The notes under the pieces were generated by a model. The model had not been told where the DNA came from and ran no database searches. It saw nothing but the letters and a program-made list of their open reading frames with translations. DNA of 64,000 nt. Source: an uncultured virus (IMG/VR IMGVR_UViG_3300032257_000003). Its lineage: Duplodnaviria; Heunggongvirae; Uroviricota; Caudoviricetes. Both the position numbers and the translations under genes were made by a program. Of the stretch, positions 38,655 through 47,922 are shown in pieces. Numbering within the stretch: position 1 is the stretch's first letter; every line of letters starts with the position of its first letter. The stretch lies in IMG/VR virus record IMGVR_UViG_3300032257_000003, one strand, 5' to 3'.

Positions 38655-38959
38655 TGGACTTCTCAGGATTAAGTGATAAAGATTTGGTGGCTGGATTCTT
38701 TGCTGGCTTAGGTGGCTTACTTAGAATAATGTTAAACGTGGACCCAGAGATACCGAAATCAAAGCAATTTATAATGCTCTTCTTTGCTGCATTGCCAGTT
38801 GGATGGTTCACTTACTCAATAGCTGTGCATTATGGATATCAGATATTTGCTTTCCCTGCTGGATTCTTTTCTGGGATTATGGCGTTATCAATCGTTTCAA
38901 TCGTTGCACGTGATGGTGCTGGCGCATTGATTTCTACTTTTATCAGGAGAAAACCGTGA
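38654..38959 (+). CDS. Putative holin
   Basis: About three TM segments, basic C-terminus RRKP, after endolysin. Confidence 0.7.
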   Translation: MDFSGLSDKDLVAGFFAGLGGLLRIMLNVDPEIPKSKQFIMLFFAALPVGWFTYSIAVHYGYQIFAFPAGFFSGIMALSIVSIVARDGAGALISTFIRRKP

Positions 38960-39207
38960 GAAAAGACACTGTAAACCTCATTACAGCATATCAGGCTGTT
39001 GGGGCCATAATTAACTTTATAACCATACTCTTTATTGTTTCTTTGGAGATAGACGTTATTGAGGCCGTGCTAACAATTGGTGTAATAAATGCGAGTTATA
39101 TTGCCATCTCAAGAGACTGGTCACGCAAGCAAGAGATGATGTGTGCAGCTAGAAGCATAGGAAGACATAAACAGCATCCAGATAAAAACCCAATCCATCA
39201 CCCGTAG
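38956..39207 (+). CDS. Small membrane protein (antiholin-like?)
   Basis: Two hydrophobic segments; in lysis cassette. Confidence 0.5.
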   Translation: MRKDTVNLITAYQAVGAIINFITILFIVSLEIDVIEAVLTIGVINASYIAISRDWSRKQEMMCAARSIGRHKQHPDKNPIHHP

Positions 39208-39218
39208 AGATAAACTAG

Positions 39219-39617
39219 ATGAAAAAAATACTCGTATTGCTTCTACTTACTGTCCTTGCTGGTTGTGGCGGCATAACTGATATGTTTTCAATCCCATTAC
39301 CACCAACTGCTAAAGAGATTTATGAAGGTTCTGGTGGTAATCAAATAAACTTACATCAAGCAAACCCAGTAAGCCCGGTAACGGTATCACCCGTTGCCAA
39401 TGGAAATAACTATGAATTTACCTTAGCTGATGGATGCTTGGCATCATATGACATAACCACGATTGCAGGTAGCGAGGCTCCATTCTGGCTACTTCAACCG
39501 GTTACACTCACTTATGATTCAGATATGCTCGTTTGTGGCGCCAATGTTTTTTGTGATTTCTCTGCAATAATGATAGGTAGCGTTGCAGATGTAACATTGA
39601 CGTGCACCCTACAATGA
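39219..39617 (+). CDS. Lipoprotein
   Basis: MKK + hydrophobic core + LAGC lipobox. Confidence 0.75.
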   Translation: MKKILVLLLLTVLAGCGGITDMFSIPLPPTAKEIYEGSGGNQINLHQANPVSPVTVSPVANGNNYEFTLADGCLASYDITTIAGSEAPFWLLQPVTLTYDSDMLVCGANVFCDFSAIMIGSVADVTLTCTLQ

Positions 39618-40126
39618 AAGCATGGGCCTATGTTGTCATAATAACGCTAGTTATAGGGGCCTTAGCCGGTGTATTTGGTGGCGGTTTCCAAGCTGGCAAG
39701 GTTAGTGAGCGCGTTAAGTACATTGAGCAGATAGACAAGCTTAAAATAAAACTGGATGCTGAACGTGTTGAATACGAGAAAGCAACCAGCTCGCTTGCCC
39801 TGGCATTACTTGAACAAAAAATAGAACGGGTGACAGTATATGAAACAATTGAGAATGAAGTTATTAAGTATATTACTGACAATGCTCAGTGTGATGTTAA
39901 TTACGGGGCTTACGGCTTGCTCTACACCGCTTCCACCGATGGTGACGAAGGTCAGTATGCCAGCCTCACTGATGCAGAGAAGAGAAAGCCTGCCCTTACC
40001 CAGCCCCAAGCCTTTAGAGTCTGTCTTAGCTGGGCAAAAGAGTACCACGACACAATAGATCAACTGCATTTGCTACAAGATCGGGTGAACGCCCTGCCGT
40101 GTACAATTGACCCTAATGAAAATTAG
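39614..40126 (+). CDS. i-spanin (Rz-like)
   Basis: N-terminal TM, coiled-coil, Cys residues; contains nested lipoprotein gene. Confidence 0.75.
   Translation: MKAWAYVVIITLVIGALAGVFGGGFQAGKVSERVKYIEQIDKLKIKLDAERVEYEKATSSLALALLEQKIERVTVYETIENEVIKYITDNAQCDVNYGAYGLLYTASTDGDEGQYASLTDAEKRKPALTQPQAFRVCLSWAKEYHDTIDQLHLLQDRVNALPCTIDPNEN
39840..40058 (+). CDS. o-spanin (Rz1-like), embedded in +1 frame; start may be 39855
   Basis: LTAC lipobox then Pro-rich mature part. Confidence 0.75.
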   Translation: MKQLRMKLLSILLTMLSVMLITGLTACSTPLPPMVTKVSMPASLMQRRESLPLPSPKPLESVLAGQKSTTTQ

Positions 40127-40470
40127 TTATCATCACGAATAGTGCTATTGCGCGTTTCAAAGTAGCCTTCTAATTCTGGTGTACATGCCATAACCAGCCT
40201 GGATAGATCAGCACAGTAAGTATTGTTTATTTTAAACATCTTATCTGTGTCAGATATCATGGTATCCCAGCGTAACATTTCCAATATTGCGCGAGCTCCG
40301 AACCGGCCCTTATGTGAATGTCTTTTAGCTATTAATGTTTTATTTACGAACCCCTGCCAGATATCCGGGTTCTTACCCAGCCAGCTCATAAAGTTTTCAC
40401 TGTAATCATTACCACTATTGCGTGCGATTTCCTGCACTCGTATTAAACCTTCATCGGTCCAGTTGCTCAT
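40123..40470 (-). CDS. Hypothetical phage protein
   Basis: ARAILEMLRW..FKINNTY motif recurrent in phages. Confidence 0.65.
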   Translation of the reverse strand: MSNWTDEGLIRVQEIARNSGNDYSENFMSWLGKNPDIWQGFVNKTLIAKRHSHKGRFGARAILEMLRWDTMISDTDKMFKINNTYCADLSRLVMACTPELEGYFETRNSTIRDDN

Positions 40471-40835
40471 AATTTTAGATACTCCTTAATTGTGTTTATT
40501 GCCTCTTCGGTGCCGTAACAGACAGCACAATAATAACCTTGGTTCATGGCAAATGCCCCAAACTCGCTTTGGTCTTCGGTTAGATGATTCTTTTTTGTGC
40601 TGGCTTTCATCTCAATATACAGGCCGTGGTAATCCCCTCTTGGTAAGGGTAGGAAAATATCCCAGATACCTTTTTTAGCGCCCTGCTTTAGTTGTTTGGC
40701 CCATTGAATGGCACGCTGTATTTTGTTTCCATGTAGGAAAACACCATTAAGGCTTGCGTGCATCCACCTTAATTCAGGAATGTAAGCCGCCCACTCAAAT
40801 AGGGCGGCTTGTTCGTCAGCTTCCAGTGACTTCAT
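40467..40835 (-). CDS. VRR-NUC domain nuclease
   Basis: GAKKGIWDIFL, GLYIEMK, LTEDQ motifs. Confidence 0.85.
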   Translation of the reverse strand: MKSLEADEQAALFEWAAYIPELRWMHASLNGVFLHGNKIQRAIQWAKQLKQGAKKGIWDIFLPLPRGDYHGLYIEMKASTKKNHLTEDQSEFGAFAMNQGYYCAVCYGTEEAINTIKEYLKL

Positions 40836-41660
40836 TTAGCTTTCAAAATTGCCAATATAGGTATTAACGTCTTCAGGCATTTTGCTAGATACAAGGTCTT
40901 TGAATTCTTCCTGTATCTTTTCCTGTATGCCTTCAAGATCAGCGATAGTTAGTGTTAGGCGCGGTGCGCTATCACGGCTTTCACCTAATGCCAAACGCAT
41001 AGGGAATTCACGATCTGAAAGCCCTAAGTATGGAGCACAGGTAAAAGTCACCCAGGCCGGTAACGGCTCACCATTACTGGTTGCTGTTATCTGCTCAAGT
41101 GCCGAACGTGTTGTACTCAGCTGGTTCACTTGATGCTCACTCTTTGAATTAGCGTCAATGGTCACTCTGCGAACAGCAAGTATGGCCTTTGGTATATCCA
41201 TTGGCTCACCTTCTGCATCAACGGCCTTAAGGCAGTGTGCATAGTCTTCCATAAATGCTGCCATGCCGTATTGAGTTAGCTCATTACTATTTACACTCAG
41301 CACGCGAGCATAATCAGCAGTTTGGCGTAAAGACAATTTAGCTTGATGCTCGCAATGCTCAGGGTTTTCAATATCACCGATATCAAATATTACATTGGCT
41401 ACTGGCTCCTGAGAGCGCACAAAGCACGAAGGTGGTGCGGTTTTTTCACTAAATTTAGCCACATAATCAGAAAAACTATCAATTGACATAGTGCCCATAG
41501 TCCCGCGAAAGCGATCACGGTATTTGTTCATTTTTTCAATAGATGTGAGATTTATCCCATCAGGTACAAATATCTTTTTATGATTGGTGCCTTGCACTTC
41601 TACACCGCACTTAGTAATACCTTCAAGGTGTTTTATTAGCTCTTTTGTTAAATCAGCCAT
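40836..41660 (-). CDS. DUF2303 (YfdQ-like) protein
   Basis: RFRG..SIDSFSDY, TFTCAPYLGL..R motifs. Confidence 0.8.
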   Translation of the reverse strand: MADLTKELIKHLEGITKCGVEVQGTNHKKIFVPDGINLTSIEKMNKYRDRFRGTMGTMSIDSFSDYVAKFSEKTAPPSCFVRSQEPVANVIFDIGDIENPEHCEHQAKLSLRQTADYARVLSVNSNELTQYGMAAFMEDYAHCLKAVDAEGEPMDIPKAILAVRRVTIDANSKSEHQVNQLSTTRSALEQITATSNGEPLPAWVTFTCAPYLGLSDREFPMRLALGESRDSAPRLTLTIADLEGIQEKIQEEFKDLVSSKMPEDVNTYIGNFES

Positions 41661-41663
41661 AAC

Positions 41664-42035
41664 TTATTTTTCGCCTCCGTTAACTAGCTCATTTGAGTTG
41701 TTTTTATCTGCTATAAACATCTGGCCTTGTAGGGCCTGAGTTTCTGGCAGTAAAGTTGTTTTACCACCAATACCCACATACATAATGGTATCGGTTGTAT
41801 CATTTTCAATGATTTTTCCACGTGCTTTTGGCTGGGTAAACTTCACCTCATGCGTGATGGTTATTTGATTGCCTTCACCTACCGGCTTCATGCTGAAGTT
41901 CAGCTGTACAGAGCCTACCTTTTTATGATCGACAACAGCCGCAGCTACTGTAGATAGCAGCATACTTACCGATTCATCAAATACACCTCCGTTCAAATCA
42001 GCGATGAATTGACCTATATCAGTTGGATTACTCAT
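41664..42035 (-). CDS. YfdP-like partner of DUF2303
   Basis: TDIGQFIADLNGGVF motif; adjacency. Confidence 0.7.
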   Translation of the reverse strand: MSNPTDIGQFIADLNGGVFDESVSMLLSTVAAAVVDHKKVGSVQLNFSMKPVGEGNQITITHEVKFTQPKARGKIIENDTTDTIMYVGIGGKTTLLPETQALQGQMFIADKNNSNELVNGGEK

Positions 42036-42045
42036 AGTTTTTTCC

Positions 42046-42336
42046 TTATGGTTTTAAGATGCCATCATCAAAACGTCTGATGTTGGTCATCATGATTAAG
42101 TGCAAAAAGTCTTCAGACCTTTCCCACTTGTTAGCCCAGGCTGGACTGGTACTGCCTTCTGTAAACATTTGGTCACACGTATGGCATAGTTCAGCAGTGG
42201 CCATATCATGTGCTTTAATTCCACGTCCTTTCCCGTATTGGTGCTGGCGTGGGCCGTTGTAGTGACAAGCATAGGCATCATCTGCACCACAATTGATGCA
42301 GGTCCTGCCCTTACTTGCCTTTGTTAGTTTAGACAT
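42046..42336 (-). CDS. DUF1364/YbcO-like Zn-binding nuclease-like protein
   Basis: MSKL..ASKGRTC..C, ACH, GKGRGIKAHD, CHTCD. Confidence 0.7.
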   Translation of the reverse strand: MSKLTKASKGRTCINCGADDAYACHYNGPRQHQYGKGRGIKAHDMATAELCHTCDQMFTEGSTSPAWANKWERSEDFLHLIMMTNIRRFDDGILKP

Positions 42337-42782
42337 TAACGACCTGTATGATGCATGTGGCGTATTGCGTCAGCAAAGTCATCTCGCTCGCTGTATGAAG
42401 TCTGACCTTCATTATCACTCAGGATACCAATCATGTATTGCAGTAGCTTACGCTCATCACTATTACCATTATCATTTACAGTGTGTTTCTCATCCCAGGT
42501 TATTGCCTTATACCGATGATCTGGTTCTAGCTGTATTTCTGGCGTTAACAAATGAAGACGCGAAGTACAGGTTTCACGCAATCGTTCGATAATTGCACGC
42601 TGAAAATCTTTACCTTGCTTTAGTGCTTTATTTTCCTCACTAAGCTCTAGATTCTCTAGTGATTTTTTCTGTATTTCTTCTACAAACTGTAAAGCTTCCT
42701 TTTTCAAGCGTGATTCAGCCAGCTCTAAAGCTGCCGTTAGTGTTTGTACTTGCGTTTTTAATGTGATTGGTTTGCTTTTCAT
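42336..42782 (-). CDS. Hypothetical coiled-coil protein
   Basis: Coupled ORF. Confidence 0.55.
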   Translation of the reverse strand: MKSKPITLKTQVQTLTAALELAESRLKKEALQFVEEIQKKSLENLELSEENKALKQGKDFQRAIIERLRETCTSRLHLLTPEIQLEPDHRYKAITWDEKHTVNDNGNSDERKLLQYMIGILSDNEGQTSYSERDDFADAIRHMHHTGR

Positions 42783-43249
42783 TAATCGAACCTCAATATT
42801 TCATTAGCTACCTGATTTAATTTTTCAGAAGACCACTCTTTAGGTAGTGTTTTAAGAGCAGCGTCTATTACATCTGAATACAGTTTTTCTTTCTCTTCAT
42901 CGGTCATTTTGGCGTAAGCCAATGATTTTGCTTCAACTCGAACGGTGCCATTTGGATAGCCGTTCACGTCATAATAGCCAGCCATCACGGTTAAATACTT
43001 ACGGGTGTTATCGAATGTTTGATTCGGTGTAATCATCTTTCCCATAAATTTAACTGGCTCAGGGTCTGGTAAGTTGTTGTGTACACACATAAACAGGGCC
43101 ATTAGCTTTTTATGAAAGTCATAATTGTGTTCTTGAACCAGGGTGCATTTAAAAACCTGTCCTGCTTTACGTCTTTTTATATACCCACGGCTATCTTCAT
43201 CACGTGAATATAGGGCACCATTCTTATCTTTATATAAATAAACAATCAT
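42782..43249 (-). CDS. DUF1367-family protein
   Basis: FHKKLMAL, RKYLTVMAGYY, AKSLAYAKM motifs. Confidence 0.75.
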   Translation of the reverse strand: MIVYLYKDKNGALYSRDEDSRGYIKRRKAGQVFKCTLVQEHNYDFHKKLMALFMCVHNNLPDPEPVKFMGKMITPNQTFDNTRKYLTVMAGYYDVNGYPNGTVRVEAKSLAYAKMTDEEKEKLYSDVIDAALKTLPKEWSSEKLNQVANEILRFD

Positions 43250-43375
43250 TTCTTAGTCTTCTCCGTGGTGCCTTTAACGCGAACCGGACCAAATACGCGA
43301 GTAAATAAATCAACTATTTCAGTTGTAACCGGGTATTTTTTACGGTTATCACGCTTTTCTTTATCGATATTTCTA

Positions 43376-43657
43376 TCACTCATTGGTAGAAACAACCTTT
43401 CCAAGTTTTAATATATAAACATTATCAAACATAGGCGCTCCAAACTTCGTGGAACCAAGCCCCTTTTTTATTGATAATAATTCTATTGTTAATTCTGGTG
43501 CGTTTTTTGAATATCCGTTTTTAAACTTAACTACGTCATATTCTTTATTTAGTCGTTTATCCCAGTACGGCTTTATTTCACGGTATTCTTCACGCTTTTC
43601 ACCACTAGATATCATATCAAACCAATGTTTTTTTAAAGTTAGGTGTAATATTTTCAC
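43376..43657 (-). CDS. ASCH-domain protein
   Basis: WFDMISSGEKREEYREIKPYW. Confidence 0.8.
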   Translation of the reverse strand: MKILHLTLKKHWFDMISSGEKREEYREIKPYWDKRLNKEYDVVKFKNGYSKNAPELTIELLSIKKGLGSTKFGAPMFDNVYILKLGKVVSTNE

Positions 43658-45147
43658 TTCTTTTTACCCTTTCCGTATGCCCACTTCATATTTTTATGTG
43701 TTTGAAAATTAGTAAATTCTTGGCATGGTCCACCAGTTACTTCATTAAATGCGTTAGGCCATACACCAAAATACTCACGATAGTTACACGCTGCCCAGCT
43801 GGATTTATAGCCTTTCTTTTTTTGGTGAGCGATTGCTGCACTAAAGAATGCCTGCTTAACATCAGGTGGCGTTAATCGATTGCGTTTACCTGCAGCTGTC
43901 GTTTCCTTCTTAGCCAGCTTCTCTAATTCCAGTTGTTCTACTTCAATTTTTGTTTTCTTTACAAATAGATGGCCACACCCTGGACAAGTAAATACTTTAG
44001 GTTTAACCATGAAATTACAATCAGGGCATCTTTTCGCCATCAGATCGTTTTCTTTCATTTCTTCTTCACGTTCCTTAGCGCGAGCTGCTTCTGTTTTCTC
44101 GCCATCGCATAGGAAGTTTGGCAACGGGTCATCTGGATAACCGAACCTATCAACATTTCCACCATGATCTAATAATAAGTAATCGGTCTGGCCTTCGTGA
44201 GCTCGTGCGGCACGTCCACCAGTTTGTATGTATCTCATTAGTGATTTAGTGGCATAAGCCAATATTGCACAGTTAACACTGGTTTCATCAAAGCCCTTGG
44301 ATAATACACCTACACTTAAAAGCCCCATTAATTCACCAGTTTTAAGCATTGCGTAGCTTTCCTGACGTTCTTCATCTTTTGTATGTGCATCGATATGTCT
44401 GCACGGAATACCGGCCAAGTTGAATGCATTGGCTAAATCTTTTGAATGGTCACAATTAACCGGGAAACAAATAAACTTACGACCTTCACCACGTTTAATG
44501 TAAGTATCAACGATATCAGCAGTGATCTTGGCAGTACGCACGCGCTTGGCCAGTTCTTTCTGGTCATAGTCGTTGCCTTTTAATCTCAGGCCCTTGGTAT
44601 CTATCGTAGGTGGACCCCAGCAAACAGGCTGCTTCAATCTACCGCGTGATATCAGGTCTGCCATTGATGGACCTACAATTAACTTGGTCCAGTGTTTACC
44701 CAGACCGCGGGTAAATGGCGTAGCAGATAAACCGATAAATATAACTTTATTCCATTTATCCATTAGTTCAGTTAAATATTTGTAATGTGTATGTGCTTCA
44801 TCGATTATGACCACGTTAGCATCAGGTGGCTTGCGCCTCATTAATGTTTGAGCCGAACAAACATGAAAGTTTTTCCATGGTGCGTATCGTGCGTCCTCTG
44901 CCATCATTACCGAGCCATCTAAGCCCAGTGCGCCAAATTCAATAGCAGATTGATCGACCAGCGTTTTTAAATCAGCGACAAACAATACAGGAGTGCCTTT
45001 TTCTAATGCTTGCTCAATGATATAAGCCGCGGTTCTGGTCTTTCCAAAGCCAGTAGCAGCCATTAGCATGATATGTTTATGGCCTTCACGCACGGCTTGG
45101 CGAATCTGTTGCACCAAGTCCATCTGATCGTCGTATAGACTAATCAC
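43654..45147 (-). CDS. SF2 DEAD/DEAH helicase with C-terminal Zn finger
   Basis: ATGFGKT, DEAH, SAT, QTGGRAAR, CPDC..CPGC. Confidence 0.9.
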   Translation of the reverse strand: MISLYDDQMDLVQQIRQAVREGHKHIMLMAATGFGKTRTAAYIIEQALEKGTPVLFVADLKTLVDQSAIEFGALGLDGSVMMAEDARYAPWKNFHVCSAQTLMRRKPPDANVVIIDEAHTHYKYLTELMDKWNKVIFIGLSATPFTRGLGKHWTKLIVGPSMADLISRGRLKQPVCWGPPTIDTKGLRLKGNDYDQKELAKRVRTAKITADIVDTYIKRGEGRKFICFPVNCDHSKDLANAFNLAGIPCRHIDAHTKDEERQESYAMLKTGELMGLLSVGVLSKGFDETSVNCAILAYATKSLMRYIQTGGRAARAHEGQTDYLLLDHGGNVDRFGYPDDPLPNFLCDGEKTEAARAKEREEEMKENDLMAKRCPDCNFMVKPKVFTCPGCGHLFVKKTKIEVEQLELEKLAKKETTAAGKRNRLTPPDVKQAFFSAAIAHQKKKGYKSSWAACNYREYFGVWPNAFNEVTGGPCQEFTNFQTHKNMKWAYGKGKKK

Positions 45148-45280
45148 TATTAGCAGCCACTTGTTAACATAGATGCAAGGTTAATAATAAGTACAATATC
45201 TAAAATAAAAGACAATATGTACCGGCCACCATTAGAGCAAAGGAGGTATTTTCCATCTATCCAGCTAAAAATTAATGTAA

Positions 45281-45739
45281 TCATTTGTAATATTCCTTAA
45301 AGTATTTAGGCAATAGTCTCATTGCCTGCTTTTCACGGTCCCAGCATTCAGTTTTATTAGTAGGGTGTTTGTCTTCACCCCATAAACGTCCTTCAAGGGC
45401 CTGTTTTAATACAGATAATTCAAGCCAAAAATTAAACCCCAGCGCATATTCATGTTCTTCAGCTCGCTTCTGGGCCTGCTTTTCGCGCCAGTGTTGCTTA
45501 TCTACTTCAGTTACAGCTGGAAATAAATCCTTTAATTTAAGACCTACCTCGCTAAGAATCTCGTCTGTATAACAGCCAGCAAAGCAATGAATGCCCACAG
45601 CTCCATCGGCTCTTTCTGTCAGTGCTAAATGCTTATTGTCCTCTAATGTATGGTGAGGGCAGGGGCAAGCAGCTGAATACTGGTTTTTGCCAGTTTTCTT
45701 AACAAAATCAAAGCAGCCAGCTATTGATTCGAGGCTCAT
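45281..45739 (-). CDS. Primase-type Zn-binding-domain protein without TOPRIM domain
   Basis: ACPCPHH...IHCFAGC....IL..VGL...DLF. Confidence 0.7.
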   Translation of the reverse strand: MSLESIAGCFDFVKKTGKNQYSAACPCPHHTLEDNKHLALTERADGAVGIHCFAGCYTDEILSEVGLKLKDLFPAVTEVDKQHWREKQAQKRAEEHEYALGFNFWLELSVLKQALEGRLWGEDKHPTNKTECWDREKQAMRLLPKYFKEYYK

Positions 45740-46122
45740 GCCTTAACCATTTTAGCTAGATCACCAATAAGAACAGCAGTTGCCGCGACATTATTAGCGT
45801 GTCTCAGGATAGTAGATAGATTATGGTTAGATACTGAAGACTTTAATTTTTCGGTTTCCTGTTCTAAGTATTGACCAAGAAAAGCGATATCGTCTTTATT
45901 TTTCATTGTTTTAAGTCTTGCATGAAATAAAGCCAGATCGACATTTGCAGTGCCTGGAGATTGTTTGATGTATTTATCAGCTTTTGATTTAGTAGCGAAG
46001 CCTTTAAATTCAGCGCCTTTAAACCCAGTTACTAATTTAGTGCACTCATCCCAGCTGCCAACAATAACATTACACTCTCTGCCAGATCGAATTGCATAAA
46101 AATTTACTTTAGACATTTTCAT
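45736..46122 (-). CDS. Protein with RNase H1 N-terminal hybrid-binding (viroplasmin) domain
   Basis: FYAIRSGR....SWDEC..LVTGFKGAEFKGF....A..Y. Confidence 0.85.
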   Translation of the reverse strand: MKMSKVNFYAIRSGRECNVIVGSWDECTKLVTGFKGAEFKGFATKSKADKYIKQSPGTANVDLALFHARLKTMKNKDDIAFLGQYLEQETEKLKSSVSNHNLSTILRHANNVAATAVLIGDLAKMVKA

Positions 46123-46129
46123 TTCCTTT

Positions 46130-46547
46130 ATCCCATACCAGTCATTTTAGAGGCATTAGGGATACCTAGTTAAATATTCCCAGTTCAGTCTGGGGTTATG
46201 TAGTAAATGTAAAAATTATCACCCTACAGTTCATCATTCCAATGATTGGCCTGCATAGCCCCCTTAATGTATCCGTTAACGGGTGTTTAAAGTTCAGTCT
46301 TACCAGCGCCTCTTAAACTGGATTTACATTTACTTGCTATTCTTCCGCGCAGCCACAAAGCTCTTAATATCGTTCGGAGTACGATAGCTTGATACCACAT
46401 ATAGTTGAATTGTTTGTCTGGACATACTACAATTTGCGCATAGGCAATGTTGGATACGTTCCGGTTAAACTGTTCAACTAGGTATTTCAGTACCGAGCTA
46501 ATGTACGAAGAATAGGCGCTTGTGATTAACATTGCAAGCGCCTTTTT
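46130..46547 (+). ncRNA. Candidate structured non-coding RNA or origin region
   Basis: Nested inverted repeats incl. perfect 12-bp 46202-46213/46323-46334; ends in a + strand terminator. Confidence 0.45.
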
Positions 46548-46552
46548 CTTTT
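46514..46552 (+). terminator. Rho-independent terminator, antisense to the leftward operon
   Basis: AGGCGCTTGTGA-TTAACA-TTGCAAGCGCCT followed by TTTTCTTTT. Confidence 0.75.
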
Positions 46553-46558
46553 AATCGT

Positions 46559-46849
46559 TTAATTATCCCCCATATGAGTTAAATTTTTACTGGCTTTTTC
46601 TGCCATGCGTTCACGGTCCATAGTTACGCAGGTAGGGATATGACCGAGTAAATCCTCAACCTTTATTACACCATTAGTAAGTGCTTCAATTTTTACCGAA
46701 TGGCTTGTTTTTCCGCAATACTCAGTATCAGGCATCATGTTTAGCTTCTTCCAGTAGCCAATAGCCTGGTGAGTTACACCAAGATGTGACGCAAGTTTCT
46801 TTAGTGTCATCATCTTACTGACTCTATCAAGTGCTGATTTTGTACTCAT
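46559..46849 (-). CDS. Cro/YdaS-like HTH regulator
   Basis: LASHLGVTHQAIGYW; IEALTNG..KVEDL. Confidence 0.8.
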   Translation of the reverse strand: MSTKSALDRVSKMMTLKKLASHLGVTHQAIGYWKKLNMMPDTEYCGKTSHSVKIEALTNGVIKVEDLLGHIPTCVTMDRERMAEKASKNLTHMGDN

Positions 46850-46870
46850 GTTTTATAGCCTTATATAGTA

Positions 46871-46923
46871 GTTATAAATATTATATAAAATAACTTGCAA
46901 AAAGTAAAATGTAATTATATTAT
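46871..46923. promoter_or_regulatory. Overlapping divergent sigma70 promoters
   Basis: Rightward TTGCAA(46895)-17-TATTAT(46918); leftward TTTACT(46908)-17-TATAAT(46885). Confidence 0.65.
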
Positions 46924-46957
46924 ACATACCAGAACACAATTAAGAGGAACTTAATAA

Positions 46958-47206
46958 ATGTCACAAAAATCAAACTTTGAAATTCAAAATAGTACCCAAA
47001 GCTTTTTAGTTATTAAAGATATCGGTCCATGGGATATATTTCCTACCGTTACTAATGATGCTGAAAACGTAGTCAAAGAACTTACCCCAATATTATTAGG
47101 CCGTAGACTGTTTTATTTCGACTCAGATCAAGAGCTTGGCGAAATAATGATTCGTAACGGTGAATTCAATGGGTTCGCTCCCGGACCTGAAACAATCACA
47201 TTATAA
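46958..47206 (+). CDS. Hypothetical early protein
   Basis: GAGG RBS; TVTNDAENVV..RLFYFDS motif. Confidence 0.65.
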   Translation: MSQKSNFEIQNSTQSFLVIKDIGPWDIFPTVTNDAENVVKELTPILLGRRLFYFDSDQELGEIMIRNGEFNGFAPGPETITL

Positions 47207-47227
47207 AACCACAAAAGGAATATAAAT

Positions 47228-47710
47228 ATGAAAACACTATTATTAGCATTATCTCTAACATTGGCGGCACCAGTACATGCTGAGAAGCCATACTTTGCGT
47301 TTGGCGACCCAACTATGATTATTAAGTACGGTGTATGGCCTCATTCAGATAAAGAAGACAATGCAGGTAAAACCAATGCGATCACAGTTGAGCTTGAGAC
47401 TAGAGCCTGTAAGGCAGGGTTTAAATTTTGCTACAATCCTTACTTTGTTCATATCAATAATGATGCTGGCAAAAACGCAGGTTTTGGATTTAATGCTAAA
47501 TATAATTTTGCTAAACGTCCTGGTGATGCTTTTTATATAGAAGCTGGTCCGGTGGTATTCAATAAGCTATTAAATAACAACGATAGCGATCATATGACTT
47601 CACATATCGGTTTTGGCGTGCAGATATTCAAAGCTGTTTTATCGTTTGATGCCTACGGTGTAGAAGACAACGTACCATCATATTTAATTAATGCTGGCGT
47701 TCACTTCTAA
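47228..47710 (+). CDS. Small outer-membrane beta-barrel-like protein
   Basis: Signal peptide ending VHA; alternating beta strands; C-terminal YLINAGVHF. Confidence 0.65.
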   Translation: MKTLLLALSLTLAAPVHAEKPYFAFGDPTMIIKYGVWPHSDKEDNAGKTNAITVELETRACKAGFKFCYNPYFVHINNDAGKNAGFGFNAKYNFAKRPGDAFYIEAGPVVFNKLLNNNDSDHMTSHIGFGVQIFKAVLSFDAYGVEDNVPSYLINAGVHF

Positions 47711-47922
47711 TGCCATTAATTGATTATTACAACGAGCAGGACATTTCTAATAAGATAGATTCCTGCATGAAAAACTGTGATTCATTATCACGCTGGGAAA
47801 AGAAATTCCTTTCAAGTGTTGATGACATGGTTAGTAAAAGAATAATTCTTACTCGAATGCAGGTAAGAGTTATTCGTAAATTATACAGAAAATTAAATAG
47901 CAATGGAGAAACCAATGTCTAA
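47710..47922 (+). CDS. Hypothetical protein
   Basis: LSRWEKKFLSSV..LT..Q pattern; coupled. Confidence 0.55.
   Translation: MPLIDYYNEQDISNKIDSCMKNCDSLSRWEKKFLSSVDDMVSKRIILTRMQVRVIRKLYRKLNSNGETNV

Noticed and set aside
46287..46532. 81-aa minus-strand ORF
   Set aside because: No recognisable motif; overlaps dense RNA-like stems
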